Positions 1 to 13,064 are shown, numbered from the stretch's first letter. The stretch: 64,000 nucleotides of DNA from Vicugna vicugna (GCA_013265495.1 MU057651.1:2706948-2770947), one strand, 5' to 3'. Notes: generated by a model from the sequence alone, not told the origin. A program made the numbers and translations.

Positions 1-900
1 CAACTGACTCCCAAAGCCGCTGCATTATTTTACATTCTAAACAGGATGTGAGGGTTTCATTTGCTCTGCTTCCTTGTCAACACTTACAATTGTCCGTCTT
101 TTAAATTTCAGCCACTCTAGTGTCCGTGTATCTCAGTGGGATTTTAATTTGTGTTTTCCTGGTAACTAATGATGCCTGCTGGTCCTGCCTTAATGTATGT
201 CTCGGTCATATACAGTCTGGAGATAAATCTTCTGTCAGATACTTGCTTTTCAAATGTTTCCCTCCACTTGGTGGCTTGTCTTTTCATTTTCTTAAGTGTT
301 CTTTTAAAGAGCATTAAATTAAAATATGTAATTTTAAAGAGCATTAAATTAAGTATGTAATTGTGATGAAGCTCATTTCAATATTTTGCTCTGTGGGTTG
401 CCTTTTTGGTGTCCTGTTAAAATCATCACTGTCAAACACAAAGTCACAGTGATGCTTCTCTGCTGTGTCCTTTGGAAGACTTACAAGTTAGCTGTTACAT
501 TTGGGTCTACGATAAATACTAAAATTATTTTTTTATTTAATTTCCTTTTTGGGGGTGGGTAGTTAGGTTTATTTATTTATTTAACGGAGGGACTGGGGAT
601 TGAACCCAGGACCTCATGCATGTAGGCATGCTCTCTACCGCTGAGCCACAGCTTCCCCACCGAAATTATTTTTGATAATGGTATGAAGTGAAGACCAGGT
701 TCATTTATTTTCATACCAATATCCAGTTGTGCCAGGAGCAACTTGGGTAAAGATTTATCCTTTTTGGTCACACATCACTCGGCCACATAAATGAGACCCT
801 GTCTCCAGACACTTTCTATTTCGTTCTATTGGTCTCGATATATGTCAGTCTGTCAGTTCCACATTGCCTTGAATTCTAAGGTTTGAAATTACATCGTACA
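1..900 (-). mobile_element. Old LINE-1 ORF2 3' fragment, antisense, interrupted by a SINE
   Basis: Typical antisense L1 text: gttttcctggtaactaatgatg, atatccagttgtgccaggagcaacttg. Confidence 0.75.
533..661 (-). mobile_element. Camelid tRNA-derived SINE (vic-1 type) with apparent target-site duplication AAATTATTTTT
   Basis: Core ggggattgaacccaggacctcatgcatgtaggcatgctctctaccgctgagc with an (ATTT)n tail. AAATTATTTTT occurs at 522-532 and 663-673. Confidence 0.9.
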
Positions 901-939
901 AATCCTCCTTTTTTTTTTTCTTCTTTTTAGATGTTCATA

Positions 940-1660
940 AGCTCAGGAAAAGATGCTCAAAGTGAAAATTCCTTAGAGGATTACGGACTTAAAAAACAGT
1001 GAGATACTACCATACACATCTTGATTGGCCCAAATCTGAAACATTGACAACAGCAAATGGTGGTGAGGATGTGGGGCGACAGAAACACTCACTGCTGCCG
1101 GGAACGCAGAATGGTACAGCCACTCTGGAAGACAGTTTGGCAATTTCCGACAAAGCTAAACGTATTCCTACCATATGATCAAGCAATTGAGCCCCTTGGT
1201 GTTTACCCGAAGAAACTGAAAACATATGTCCACACAAAAACCCACCCGTGGCTGTTTATAGCAGCTTTATTCATCATTGCCAAAATGCAGGAGCACCCAC
1301 GGCGTCCATTAGTAGGTGAATAATTAATCTGTGGCACCTCCAGACAACTGATGGATAACAAATGGAATATTATTCAGTGCTGAAAAAGGAATGCATTAGC
1401 CTTCATGAAAGTACAAAGCAGGCATCTTCAGGGTATAACACCGAGAGAAGGAAGCCAATCAGAAAAGGCTATGTTCTCTGGGATTCCCAGTCTATGACCT
1501 TTGGGAAAGGCAAAACTACGGAGACTGTGAAATGTTCAGGGGTTGGCAGGGGAGGGGTACGGGGCAGATCAGAGATTTTTAAGGCAGTGAACTTGTTCTG
1601 AGTGCCACTCCAAGGATGGATACATGTGATTATAAATTTTTTGAAGGTATAACATTTCAA
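940..1660 (+). mobile_element. Old LINE-1 ORF2 C-terminus/3'UTR fragment
   Basis: ORF 1057..1323 reads VQPLWKTVWQF...LPYDQAI..LGVYPK..KTYVHTKT...FIAALFIIAK, the L1 ORF2p C-terminal consensus. Confidence 0.9.
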
Positions 1661-3781
1661 AACGTGTTACATAGCAAGGGTATAATTAGCCATTTCCAGC
1701 GATGCATAGCTCCTCTGATTCTGCTGGTTCATTCATTCTTTCCCACGCACTCAGTCACCTGAAACACGCAGCCTTGCTCACCTCCGTCCTGAATGATCGG
1801 GGAGGATTGTCATAATTTGACAGGCATGTCTGATTTCATGCACCTTGTCTGTAACACCTGCCAGAAGTTTCTAGTTCACAGCCGATCGCACGCTTCAAAG
1901 ATGAATTTTGATAACACAGTCACTCAGTTACACCCACCTGGAGATGAGATGCGTGGCGTGGCGTGGCTTGGGCCATGATTGGTAGTGATTGCTAATATAA
2001 ATCCACTTTGGAGCGAGTTGCAAGTGCACATTACAGAATGTCAGGGTGCAATTTGATGTTGAAGGATTTCTTTTTAAAACTGTTATAAATAATGAATGAT
2101 GTTGAAGATGGTTCTGCATATTCGATTGGATGTAATTAAAATCCCCAGGGTTGTGGTTTTTGAAAGCTGTGTGTGCCTGCTGTCTGCAGAGATGTCGAGG
2201 TGAGTGGAATCCTCAAAGGAGAGGCTTTATTCCACTCTCTCTCTTCCCTGTTTCTGCCCTCTTTCCCCCTCTACTTTCATCCTGCCCACTTTGCAATCAG
2301 TTCCTCAGTCCTTAAACTCAGACATCAAACAGGGCGTCAGGTGCTCGGGGGAAGGGACCCACGAGAGAATGGGTGGAATATAACATGATAAATGACAGAG
2401 ACCAGGCCAGGCTCTCACAGTGCAGACCAGGGCACCCCCCGTCCTGCGGGGAGGATTAGGGAGGATTTCTGGGGAATCCATTTGAGTCACAGGGGAGGGA
2501 GCTACACGTCCAGATAAGACATCCTTTGCCCACTTGTACCATTGCTCCGGGACCTCAAAATATTTGCAGATGGGCAATAGCCATCCTGGGGCTCGTGTGA
2601 TTGAAATAAGACCAGGTCTAAGGGAAGCGAAACAGCACTCAGTCTCTTTCACTTTTGTCTCTGTCCCTCACTCCAATTTGCAAATACACAAAGTTTGTCC
2701 TGGGATTCCAGCAATGTCCCTTAATATTCTCTTTCTTCCCCTTAAGTGCCACTCTGCTTTTCTCTCTCCACACCACAAATATCCACTTACTCTTTCCCTG
2801 GTCCACTAATCAGAGCCAGGTATTATGAATCACTCCAGCCAGCTAATTCTTACTCACATGTAAATGACTGCTAAGAATCGGTCACTCCTGGGGTATTTTT
2901 TTTACAGATGTGTAGCTAAAAGTCGGTCTCCTTATGTGAGTGGTGGGCCAAAGGTTTGGAGAGTCTTTCCCGGCAAGGGGAAAGAGGGTTCAAGGCATGC
3001 CAAGGCCTGCACAGATATCAGAGGACCCCAGAGGTCTGCAGGCAGAGAAGCTGATTGGATGAAATTCTAAATCCAGAACTGGCATCAAAGGCATATTTAG
3101 CATGTTGGGGGGGCTGAAGTTGGGGTGTATCTGAAATACAGGAAGAGCCTGTTGAGTGGATGGGGAGATAGTTCCTCCCCAGGGAGGCAAGTGCAGTTAC
3201 GTCCCGCCTGGAGGGGCCCAGACTTCAGAAGCCCTGGCTTCAGACAGTTCTTTTTCTACAAGATCATCCTTTCATTTACATGGCTTTTTGGTTTCTGTTT
3301 CTAACAACACAGAGCGCGTGAGTGCTTGATTACAAGTAACATCAATTTCGCTAACAACTTTTTCTTCTTTTCTTATTGGGGGTGGGGGTAGGGGTAACTT
3401 GATTCAAAAACCAAACAAACAAAAAAGAGCAAACCATGCCTCTAGGAATGAGTCCCCAAAAGCCGGCATGTTCTAAATCTGGGGATTTAAGCAAAGTCCC
3501 CTCCCAAGGCATCTTACGTTGATTTTTTTTCTTTTTCCTCCCAACCACCCCATTTCAGATGGTAAAATATAAAAAAAGTGAGTGTGAGGGCTGCGAAGTG
3601 AGCCTGTGTTCCCACAGGTGGGGCCTGTCCCTGAGGACCAGAAAGAAAGTTGACCACCGAGTTCATCTTATGTTTCAAAACACAAAGTAGTTAAGAAGGT
3701 TTAATCTCAAGGGAAGGTTTAATTTAAAAAAAAGCCACCACTCCTTAGGGCCTCCAAGTTTGCAAAAAGAAGCCCACGATT

Positions 3782-3950
3782 TGACTGGGGTACAGCGCAG
3801 TGATTCGGTTACACACACATATATTCTTTCTCATATATATATATTTTTTATTATAGGCTATCACGAGGCATTGCATAGATTCCCCTGTGCTCTACAGCAG
3901 TTCATTGCTGTTTATCTAATTTTGTATACTTCAATTAAAATTTTTTAAAA
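3782..3950 (-). mobile_element. Short artiodactyl/camelid L1 3'-end fragment
   Basis: gcagtgattcggttacacac...ttcccctgtgctctacagcag is the reverse complement of the L1 3' ends at 25570-25938 and 60710-61010. Confidence 0.8.
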
Positions 3951-6149
3951 ATTAAGAAGAAAGGAATTAAGAGTTTTTAAGGCATCAGTGCCCGGGTGCA
4001 GTTGAAAACAGGTTCCCTGGCTGCCCGCCCCTGCGTCCTGCAGACCAGCTGTTTTCAAAGACCCCAGAAATGAAATGCGATTCTGCGTGGGCACTTGCCA
4101 GCCGGTCCTAACAGCTGTGCGGGGTCCGCAGGGTGGTCGGGGCCAGGGGGAGCCTTGTTTAGAAGCCTCGGAGGGAGACAGCCTGGCTCGGGGGGCCTAC
4201 GTGGGAGTGTGTGTGCGGGTGGCCAGCATCCCTAGGGGACCGCGGCTGTGGTCCTCTCTCTGACGGAGACCCTCGGAGAGCGGGTCAGGTGTAAGATGAT
4301 GGACACCAACGACATGTTTTATCCAAGCTATTTGCAGACATGACTGTTGCAGGCAAATCACACTGTGACGGAGGAAAGACGGCTAGTAAGTCTTGGATGA
4401 ACTTGGCATCTTTAAAGCAAGCATTTTACAAAAGGCACCCGTGGATTCGGTCACAGGGCACAGGGCAGAAGTTCAGACCTCCTGTCGGCCCGCTGCTCCC
4501 TGGGTGATCTCTGTTCCTGTGCGTGCTCTCTGCACAGGGAGGTGTCACTTTTCTACACTCTCGGAGACCCCCTCCCTCTTCCCCACTAGAGTGTAAATTG
4601 GGTCAGGGGCTGGGAACACACAAAGCTCAAGGCGGATGGCCCGGGTGAGGAGCTGGGGGGTGAGGGAGGCGTTGCTTGGACCCCGGGGAGGGGTGATGAG
4701 GGTGATGAGGGTCTCCTTTCAGGGATGAAGGATGCAGCCGGGCCGGCTCCCGCTGGGCTGTGAGACGAGGAATCTCATGTGCGGAAAACCTGCTGATGCC
4801 CACGATCCCCACCCCCCGTGCCACTCACTGCAGGATTCTCTGGCCCCTGTCCCCTTGTTGTCTCACGGACAGCACGCCTCCAGATCCCCAACTATTTCAG
4901 GCATCCCTGCGTCTGCTCTTGATGGAGAGAAGCCTTCAAGGCATTCGCAGCCTTCAGCTTAGCACAAGGCAGGCAACACCCGGCTGTCACCGTAGCCTGA
5001 GGCCAGAATGCGGCCACGCGGTCAGCAGCTGGGAAGTCTGGCCGGGGGAGGCTTGGATGGCGGGGACCCCGGCTCCCCGTGGGCAGTAAGGAGCTGCAGG
5101 GAGGCAGGTGCGTGGCCCCACCTTCCGACTCTGCTGTGCGTGGAGTCTTGGGGTCCTGAAGATGTCCCCTCTAGAGCTGGACCCTCCGCAGCCGTCTTCC
5201 CGGACTTGACAGGGGGCCACAGTCAACACACAGGCTTGGAGCAGGTGGAGGGGTTGCCTCCATCTTTGCCTCCGACCCCGAGGGCGGTTGTGGGCAGTGG
5301 TTATGCTTCCATGTCTCCCCGTCTGTGAAATGGGGACAGCATCCACCTGCCGCTTACCTCGTAGAGAACTGAGGGTGCTCGGGTGCGGGTAGCCATCCTG
5401 TCATCAGGGGCTGAGCTGCGGGGCCGCGGCCATCACCTGTCCCAGCCTCTTGCGCCGCGGGCATCGAAGCCAGCATTGTTGTTCGTCCTTTCCGCTTCCT
5501 CCCTAACCCGCCTGCCAAGGTCTCCCCATGTGCCCGCAGCCCAGCCCGCCTGAGAAGGTTCCAGCTGAACAAAGGCCTCACCATCGCGTCCCTGTTTCCT
5601 TTTGTTTGCACTTTGATAACTGCCAAAGCCTGATGCAGACTTTCGCTATTAAAAATGGTCCTGTTGAGCAGTGAGCAGTCACGGGCACTTTCCGGAGCCG
5701 GCCGTGGGCGCTGGTGCCCAGGGTGCCGGTGCAGTCATGGGTGCCTGCCTGGGGGAGGCGGCGCTGGCACCTGCTGCGGGGTGGGAACCTTTGCGCGGCT
5801 GCCCTCTGCCCCCACCCAGGAGTCCTTTGTTGGGGGGGTGTCATTTCCACTGGGTTTCCTTGGCCACACCCCCTATCTTGGCAGTGAGCGAAGAAAACGT
5901 TTTTGCAAGCCGGAAGGCCGACTGGGGGCAAGCATTGCGCAGAGATACGCGTCTCCACACCACGCAGGGCGCTTGGTGAGCGCAGAGGGTTTCTTCAGGC
6001 AGAATGAGGAAACCTTTACAAAGGAGGCGTAGCTTGGGGTTGGATCCACGAAGGAAGCGCCCCGAGAGCACCCTGGTTTCCACGGGGTCCCTTTCCCAGG
6101 CTCACTGGCTGGCGGCAGGGGCGGGGTCCCCTGGTGGCCTCCATCCTCC

Positions 6150-6500
6150 TGCCCAGCTCAGGGGGCCGACCTCGGGCTCCTCACCCCGCCCGGGGCTGGC
6201 TGTCTGGACTCCGGGGTGTGCGCGCGCCTCGCCACCTGCCTTGCGTGGACAACGTAAACACAGCGTTGTCCGGAGCAGGCAGGCACTTGGGCGATGCTCC
6301 GGAACACTGAGTTCGGGATGCCCCAGGGCCTCGCTGCATCCGTCGGAGGATGGATGCGCGAGGACCACGCGCGCGGCGGGGTGGCCGGGGCGTGGTCAGC
6401 CTGCGCCTGCGCGGAAGCCATCGGGAGGGGGTCGGAGGGGCCTCTGTCCTGCCCGCCACGCCCCTCAGGGACGTGGGTGAAAGCAGGATGGGGGCTGGCC
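6150..6500. promoter_or_regulatory. CpG-island-like element with SP/KLF, NRF1-like and ETS motifs
   Basis: Dense CpG (cgcgcgcggcgg). GGGGCGTGG at 6387-6395, TGCGCCTGCGC at 6402-6412 and CGGAAG at 6412-6417. Confidence 0.5.
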
Positions 6501-7009
6501 GTGTCGCTGTGACGCTTGCAAGGATGCGAGCCCACTCCATGGCAGGTTGCAGCCCGCGTTCTCCAAGGGCTGGAGGGCGGGCCTGGGCACTGGGCACTGG
6601 GCACGGGGCACGGGGCTGGATGGTTTTGTGAAAGTCAGGAGCGAACTGACACCCGTGCCCTTGGGTCTTAACCAACAGGTGGTGGGGAGGGCGCTCAGCA
6701 GCAGGCGCTCTGAGGGTCCTGGGGAGTCGCCCTGCGTCACACGTTAGACCGAATTAACACCCAGCAGTAAAAGGAGTGAGGCCTGTAAGCGGGGTGCGGG
6801 CTTCAGCGGCTTTCCTGGCTTGTCCAAGGCCCTTGTCCCCGTAGCGGGGCGCCGGCCCCCCCACTGCTGAGCGCCTGGTGGACGCCACCGTCATCTGACG
6901 GTCACTTACAGAATGTGGAGCTGTCCCGAGGCTTCGGTGGCTCTTGGTCTGCAGCCAGCGCCCGAGCATTCAGTTTTGTGTTGCTTTTTACGGAAACTAT
7001 ACGTTGTTT

Positions 7010-7180
7010 TAAAATGAAGTGTGGTTGATTTACAATGCTGTGCTTGGTTCAGGTGTGCAGCAAAGTGGTTCAGTCACACACACACACGTATTCTTTCTCG
7101 GGGTCTTCTCCGTTCTAAGTTATCTACAGGTACTGAGGATGGTTCCCTGTGCTGTACAGTAAGTCCTTATTTATCTATTC
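7010..7180 (-). mobile_element. Short L1 3'-end fragment
   Basis: gttgatttacaatgctgtg...ggttccctgtgctgtacagtaagtcc. Confidence 0.8.
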
Positions 7181-7530
7181 TGGCTGCAGGGTGCTGGGTG
7201 CTGGGGTGCTGGGTGCTGGCTGCAGGGTGCTGGGTACTGGGTGCAGTGTGCTGAGTGATGGCTGCAGGGTGCTGAGTACTGGCTACTGGGTCCTGGGTGA
7301 TGGCTGCAGGGTTCTGGGTGCTGAACACTGGGTGCTGGGGTGCTGGGTGCTGGCTTCAGGGTGCTGAATGATGGCTGCAGGGTGCTGGGTTCTGGCTGCA
7401 GAGTGCTGGGTGCTGAATGCTGGGTGCTGGGTGCTGAGTGCTGGCTGCAGGGTGCTGGGTGCTGAATGCTGGGTACTGGGTGCTGGGTGCTGAGTTGCTG
7501 GGTGCCGGCTGCAGGGTGCTGGGTCCTGGC
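7180..7530. repeat. Degenerate G-rich tandem repeat based on the 7-mer GGGTGCT, interspersed with GGCTGCA
   Basis: Directly visible. It causes the repetitive STQHPAP/CWVLG ORF translations. Confidence 0.92.
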
Positions 7531-8544
7531 AGCGGCAGAAACGGTCGAAGCAGCTGCTTCCGAGGCGCCCCTCTCCTTGCCTGGAGCTGCAGGCCCTCAG
7601 AGCCGGTGGGGCTGAGGTGGGACGCGCCCACTGGGCTGAGCGTGTGTGTCCTGGAGCAGGAGCCAGAGAAGGAGGCAAGGAGGCCCTGCCTTGGGTCAGT
7701 GGGCCCAGCACCACGGGGAACAGAAGCCTCCCCAGCGAGGAAGCTCGGAGGGACTGGAGGCTGGAGGCCGAGAGACAGCCCCTGACTTCAGCGAGAGTCC
7801 GCGCCACCGGCCTCGCGTCTGTCCCCACCAGGGCCCCGGTGCGACTTGTGGGCCTGCCTGTCTCGGTCTTGCCCAACCCTGAGCCTGCACACTGGAACTT
7901 TCCCACCCGAAGAGCGAGAGGAAACAGAAGGTCCTCGATGATTATCGCGTTATCAGCACGCCCGCCCAGGCCCTCGAGTCCCGGGCTGTTTGTTCCAGAA
8001 GCGATGCTGGAACCAGTTTGCGAGAAGTGACGTCCGAACGAGCTTGCCCAACCCTGCGTTCTGCAGATAAGGACAGGGGCTCCGAACGCATCCTGGGTCA
8101 CAGGGTCGGAACCGCCCTGCACCCCCCAATGCTACACACTTCTGTCACCTCAAAGCTTGGATCACATTTTAACTGTGTATTTCCCATCATGTTTTATGTA
8201 TCTGCAAACATTTTACACTTGATTTGATCATTTCTGACTTTTTTTTTTTTTTTTTTTTTTTATGCTTTCTGTCTTTTTTTTTTTTTTTTTTTGCTCACAA
8301 CTTCTAAGATGCTTTTTCTGTATCTTTGGCTTCCTTTGGTTTCTCTCTGATTTGTCTAAACGTGGACTTTATTTTCCTGCAGGGCCCTGCATCTTCAGTG
8401 GAAAGCGGACCTTGGCGATCAGCTTGGGTGTTTAGCCGATGAGGTGGCCCAGCCAGGGGTGGAAGGCATGGCTTGAGCAGACAGTGTAGGGGGAGAGAGG
8501 GGAAACCGAGGCAGGAACTGTTGGGGGAAAGGCATGCCAAGGCT

Positions 8545-8710
8545 TCCCAGGAGCCTCCAGAAGCTGGAAGAGGCTTCAGAGGGAGCAGACCCTGCTGACC
8601 CCTTTCTTTTAGGCGTCCAGCCTCGAGCTGGTGAGAGAACAAATTTCTGTTGTTTGAAGCCACCAAGTTTGTGGCACTTTGCATAGCAGCCTCTCAGTGA
8701 TTCAGGAAAA
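8545..8710 (+). mobile_element. MaLR LTR (MLT1-like) 3' fragment
   Basis: ccagaagctggaagaggc...gagaacaaatttctgttgtttgaagccaccaagtttgtggcactttg resembles the MLT1 3' consensus. Confidence 0.8.
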
Positions 8711-8754
8711 GTTACAGCCATTCTCTCTTCAAATTTTTTGCTTTTTTTCCCCTT

Positions 8755-8877
8755 TTGTTCTGTGAGGGAGAAGTAACTAGGTTTATTTATTTATATTTGG
8801 AGGAGGGACTGGGGATGGAACCCAGGACCTTGTGCCTGCTAAGCGCACACTTTACCCCTGAGCTCTACCCTCCCCCT
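8755..8877 (-). mobile_element. vic-1-type SINE
   Basis: ggggatggaacccaggaccttgtgcctgctaagcgcacac...ctgagctctaccctcccc. Confidence 0.9.
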
Positions 8878-8939
8878 CTTAATTTTTTTTTATTTTTTAA
8901 CTTAAAAATATTTTTTATTTTTTTAATTTATTTTTAATT

Positions 8940-9190
8940 TTTAAATTTTTAATTGAGTTATATAGTCAGTTGACGATGCTGTGTCAATTTCTGGTGCACA
9001 GCACAGTGCTTCGATCATACGTGAACATCCATACATTCATTTTCATATTCTTTTCCACCGTGAGCCACCACAAGATCTTGTATATATTTCCCTGTGCTCT
9101 ACAGTGTAATCTTGTTTATCTATTCTATATACACCTGTCAGTATGTACAGATCTGAACTCCTGGTTTATCGCTTCCCACCCCCGTCCCGA
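8940..9190 (-). mobile_element. L1 3'-end fragment
   Basis: aattgagttatatagtcagttgac...ccctgtgctctacagtg, preceded by a T-rich tail. Confidence 0.8.
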
Positions 9191-10339
9191 CCCTGCCGCC
9201 TGTTTGAATGTTAATCCAGCCTCACGGTCTCTGCCTTTGCTGCTCAGCCTCTAATGAGACCCCAGTTCTTCTCAGCGACCCCAGCACCTCTCTGCTCCTC
9301 CGGCCCTCGTGCTGTTTATTTTTATCCCCTGTGCCCCTCGAAATAACCTCTCCCTCACCAGTTTATAAACTCTGCCTTTAGCTGTGTCGAATCGGCTGTT
9401 AAAACGACCCACTGGGTTTTCCATTTTGGTTATTTTACTTTATTTTTTAAAAAATTCTCGAGTCCTTGGTGGGGACTGTTTCCTTTTCCCCGCACACATC
9501 CGTAAGTCTGTCTGGAAGCTTTCAGCACCGTCACCGGAAGCTTTGACCGTTTCTGTGTGATCATCCAGGCCCACAAGTCTTTGCCCCCTTCTCTGCCCCA
9601 GCGTGCTCCTGCCGGTTCTCCGTCCTGGGCTCCAGTCTCCACGTCTGCCGGGTTGGCTCTGTCTGCATCACTTGCAGAAATAACAGGGGGTAACGGATGA
9701 TTGGCGCCTAAGGGTGTTTGGGGTCACGAGGAACCTAAAAACCACATGGCACCAAATTCAAACCTTTAAATAAGCCGGGGTCACCACCTGATGCGAATCT
9801 GCGCTCTGCTTCCCCTGGGACCCGTGCCGTGGCTCGCTGCCACTCCCAGGAGGTGGCCCTTCGGGGTTCCAACTTATTGTGGGGAGCTCCTGTAAGACCC
9901 CCCCACCCCAGCCGCCACCTGCTGTGAGCCTGGGGCGCGGACTCCAGCTCCTGTGCTCCACGAAACCTTAAAAAATTAAAGCTCAAATCCCTGTGCAGGA
10001 AATGTTTCAGGTAAAGAGCAGATCTGAGGGCGGGTGACCCACCTGGGTTCCCACTTCCTCTGCCACTCAGATCTGGCGGCTCCTTGCTGTCTATCAGCTC
10101 TTTGCTGCTTCCAAGAACATTGACTCTTAACTATGCACCAGGCTTTTTAATGTTTTGTTTTGTTTTGAGCAGCAGAGCGAGTCCAAATTCCCCGGAGGAG
10201 GCCCCTCGGGCAGCCCCGCTGTGGACGCGGATGCCACGTGGGTACCAAGCAAAATTGTTGCCGGAGCTGCGAAGGGTGTTTGCTCAGAACCTTCCCACCC
10301 CCACCGGCAGCAGGCGTGAACATAAATCGTTAAGTCAAA

Positions 10340-10735
10340 GGGTCCAGAGATAAGAAAGGGTGACACAGACAGGAGCCCAGGTGGAAACAGCTGGGAGCAA
10401 GGTGGGGATGACGCTGACCTCCGATAGACCGAATCTCATCAGATGCTGATGTGGTTACATATTAAATGACACACCCACCGCTGGCCGGACCGGACCTTAA
10501 GGGCCGAGACAGGATAACCAGCAGGTGGGGTGGCCCCTCACTCCTTTGAAAAAGCCCTGCCCCTCCGCATCCTCAGCCTCACTCCTCTGCCCTCGGCTTC
10601 CACTCTTTACAATTAAATCCCTCTCGCCACGTGGGCGAGAGGTTGTCCGGGAACTTGGTCCTCACTCCAGCCTTGGCCGCTGAATAAAGCTCGTGCTGTT
10701 TCCATCTCAGCTTCACTTCCGTCATTTGGCTGCTG
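10340..10735 (+). mobile_element. Probable ERV1-class solo LTR remnant (boundaries approximate)
   Basis: atgacacacccacc motif, plus AATAAA at 10683-10688 followed by an LTR-like U5 (aataaagctcgtgctgtttccatctc). The family assignment is from memory only. Confidence 0.45.
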
Positions 10736-12689
10736 GGGCCGGGATGGAGAAAGGACCTCCCTTGCGGAGGCAGAGAGCCTTGGCCGGGCCAGGGACCCTG
10801 GAGGGTCCATACAGGATTTAATTCATCACTCTGGGGAAAGCGAGCATCCGCTGTCCGGCCATCCGGCCCCCCTGCGCCTTCCTGCTTTGGTTGCCCTGAC
10901 AGCCATGATGTCACCGAGCCGTGGGGACACTGCGGTGGGAGCTGCTTCGTCCACATCACAGCGTGGGAGCCGGCGGTCCCCAGCCGGGCGGGCTCGTTGC
11001 TGAAGGACACGCAGTGTTGGGGGCGAGAACTCCTGCCCGGTTCCCAAGCCCCCCGCCTCTCGCTCACCTGTGAGTCTCCCACGGCCCTGGGTGTCCCTGG
11101 AGGCCCCAGTGGCAGATGGTGGGGAGCATCCTGGTGTCCGGCGGCCCACGGCTGTCCCCTCACTGCCTGCCTTCTGAGCTGCTTATCCACCCCTTGTCCG
11201 AGTCCCTTCTCAGCTGACCCGATGCCACCGCCTTGCTGCCCTCCATCCTGGGCTCGGCCAGCCGTGCCCCTGGCTGCAGACCTGTCCCGGATGGCAATTC
11301 CACCCTTCCTCCCGGCCTTCCCATCACTGCAGCTCGGAGGCTCCCCAGCTGCCCCCTCTGCCCCCAGTTGCCCATCAGCCATTGACTAATCAGATCCTTC
11401 TGGAACTTTCTCCCTGGGGTGACCTGTCTCAAGGCTGAGCAGGGCAGAGGGAGGGCTACGGGTGGGCAGACCTGATCCAGAAATGCAAGCGCCATCCATC
11501 CGGATTCGGTCAGAAGGGCGAACCCACATTCCCGGGCTCACTGTCCATCCTGGGGTCCCCCCTGGGGCAGTGATGCAGCTTTTAAGAGTGGACTGCTTAG
11601 TAAATAGGGTGCTGCTGTAAAAAGCACCGTGTCCCTGCCAGCGGGTCTGCTACAGGCGTCGGGAAGTGATGTGGCCCAGGAAGACCGGGAACAGCCACCC
11701 CGGGCAGGAGACCGCAGGGCTGACCGGAGGCCGCGGGCCAGGACCGGGGGAGGCACCGCTTCACTCCCGACCCTTCTGAGCCCCCTCTCGCCTCCTGGAA
11801 GCCTGGGGGTCACTCTGCTGGTACCTCGGATGCTACGGCGGGGTTCCTGCCAACGGGAGGCAGAGCAGAGGTGGGGAACATTCCCGACTGGACACAGGAA
11901 ACCCAGGCTCCCATCCTGCTTCCTGAGATGCGTTTACTGACGTCTCATCTGCCCCCAGCAACGAGGGAGAGCACGAAATTTATTTCTAAACTGGGACGCT
12001 CTGCAGGGCTGGGTTTTGCAGTGGGTGGGGCGGCGGGGTGGGTGCTGTGTGTCCCCGGCGAGGCGTAAGGGGAGTAGGACCACGGGCCCTCGGGATCCAT
12101 CAGCGACTTGGTGGCAGTGGGGAGGGTCCAACGGGCGTGGGAACAGGGATTTAACTCTGTAGGGACAGGGAGCAAAGAAGGGTTGATTTAACCAAGAGAA
12201 CAATGCAATCAGGCTGCTGCATCTCCATGGATCACGGTTGCCTCGCCTGGAAAACAGTGCCTCCGGCCAGCCAGGTAGCCGGAGAGCCCCCCAGAACAAC
12301 GGTGAAGCTCTCTGCCGAATGATGGAAGCTTGATGCCAAAGTGGGTGCCACACCCCACACCACAACCCGACACCCAAGCTTCAGCCCGGCTTGGGGTGCA
12401 GCCCCTAATGTTAATTCAACAAACCACGGATTCAGTATAAAGTTGGTCCCGTCCCGTGTGAGCAGTAATGAGCTAGGATTGGGGCGTGCACTCGGTTGGA
12501 CCACTTTTCTTGTCCCCAGAGCCCATGTCTGGGCCCCTCAGGTCTGCTGCTCCCCTGGCCTGCTCTCGGAAATGAGGCACCAATTATGTGTGAGGACTTG
12601 GGGGCCAGCGGTCGGGGAAACTGTATGACACCCCTCTGCCCCCCATACTTCTGCACTAGCCTCTTTCCTGTTCGTCTACCACACCAGGC

Positions 12690-12997
12690 AAAATCCTGCC
12701 TCAGGACCTTTGCACCTGCTCTTGCCCCTGCCAGCCAGGCGTTCACCCATGGTTTGCGCTCTCATTTCTTTCAGGTTTTTACTCAAATGTCACCGTAGCA
12801 AGGGGCTTGTCTTCGCCACCCTCTGCTGCTCCTTATGTGTTCATGATTTTCTCTGAATCACCTACCAGCATCTAAATGGGCTCAATATTTCGTGCACTTG
12901 TTTTGTTTATGGTGCAAACGCCACGGAGGCACGAATTCTCCCGTTTTGTCTGCTCTAACCTGGTGCCCCTAAGTACTGATTGGTGGAATAAATGAAC
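12690..12997 (+). mobile_element. LINE-2 3' fragment
   Basis: caggacctttgcacctgct...ctcaaatgtcacc...ggaataaatgaa is a typical L2 3' end. Confidence 0.75.
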
Positions 12998-13064
12998 TTT
13001 TCTTTCTATTCTGGGGACAGGGCATGCAGACAGGCTGCCACCGGAAGTCATGAAATTCACACAA

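Noticed and set aside
302..362. 30-bp tandem duplication (ttttaaagagcattaaattaa...)
   Set aside because: It is a small slippage duplication within an old L1 with no functional indication.
7283..8122. 279-aa minus-strand ORF with STQHPAP repeats
   Set aside because: It is driven by the 7-mer repeat and high GC, and contains no recognisable domain.
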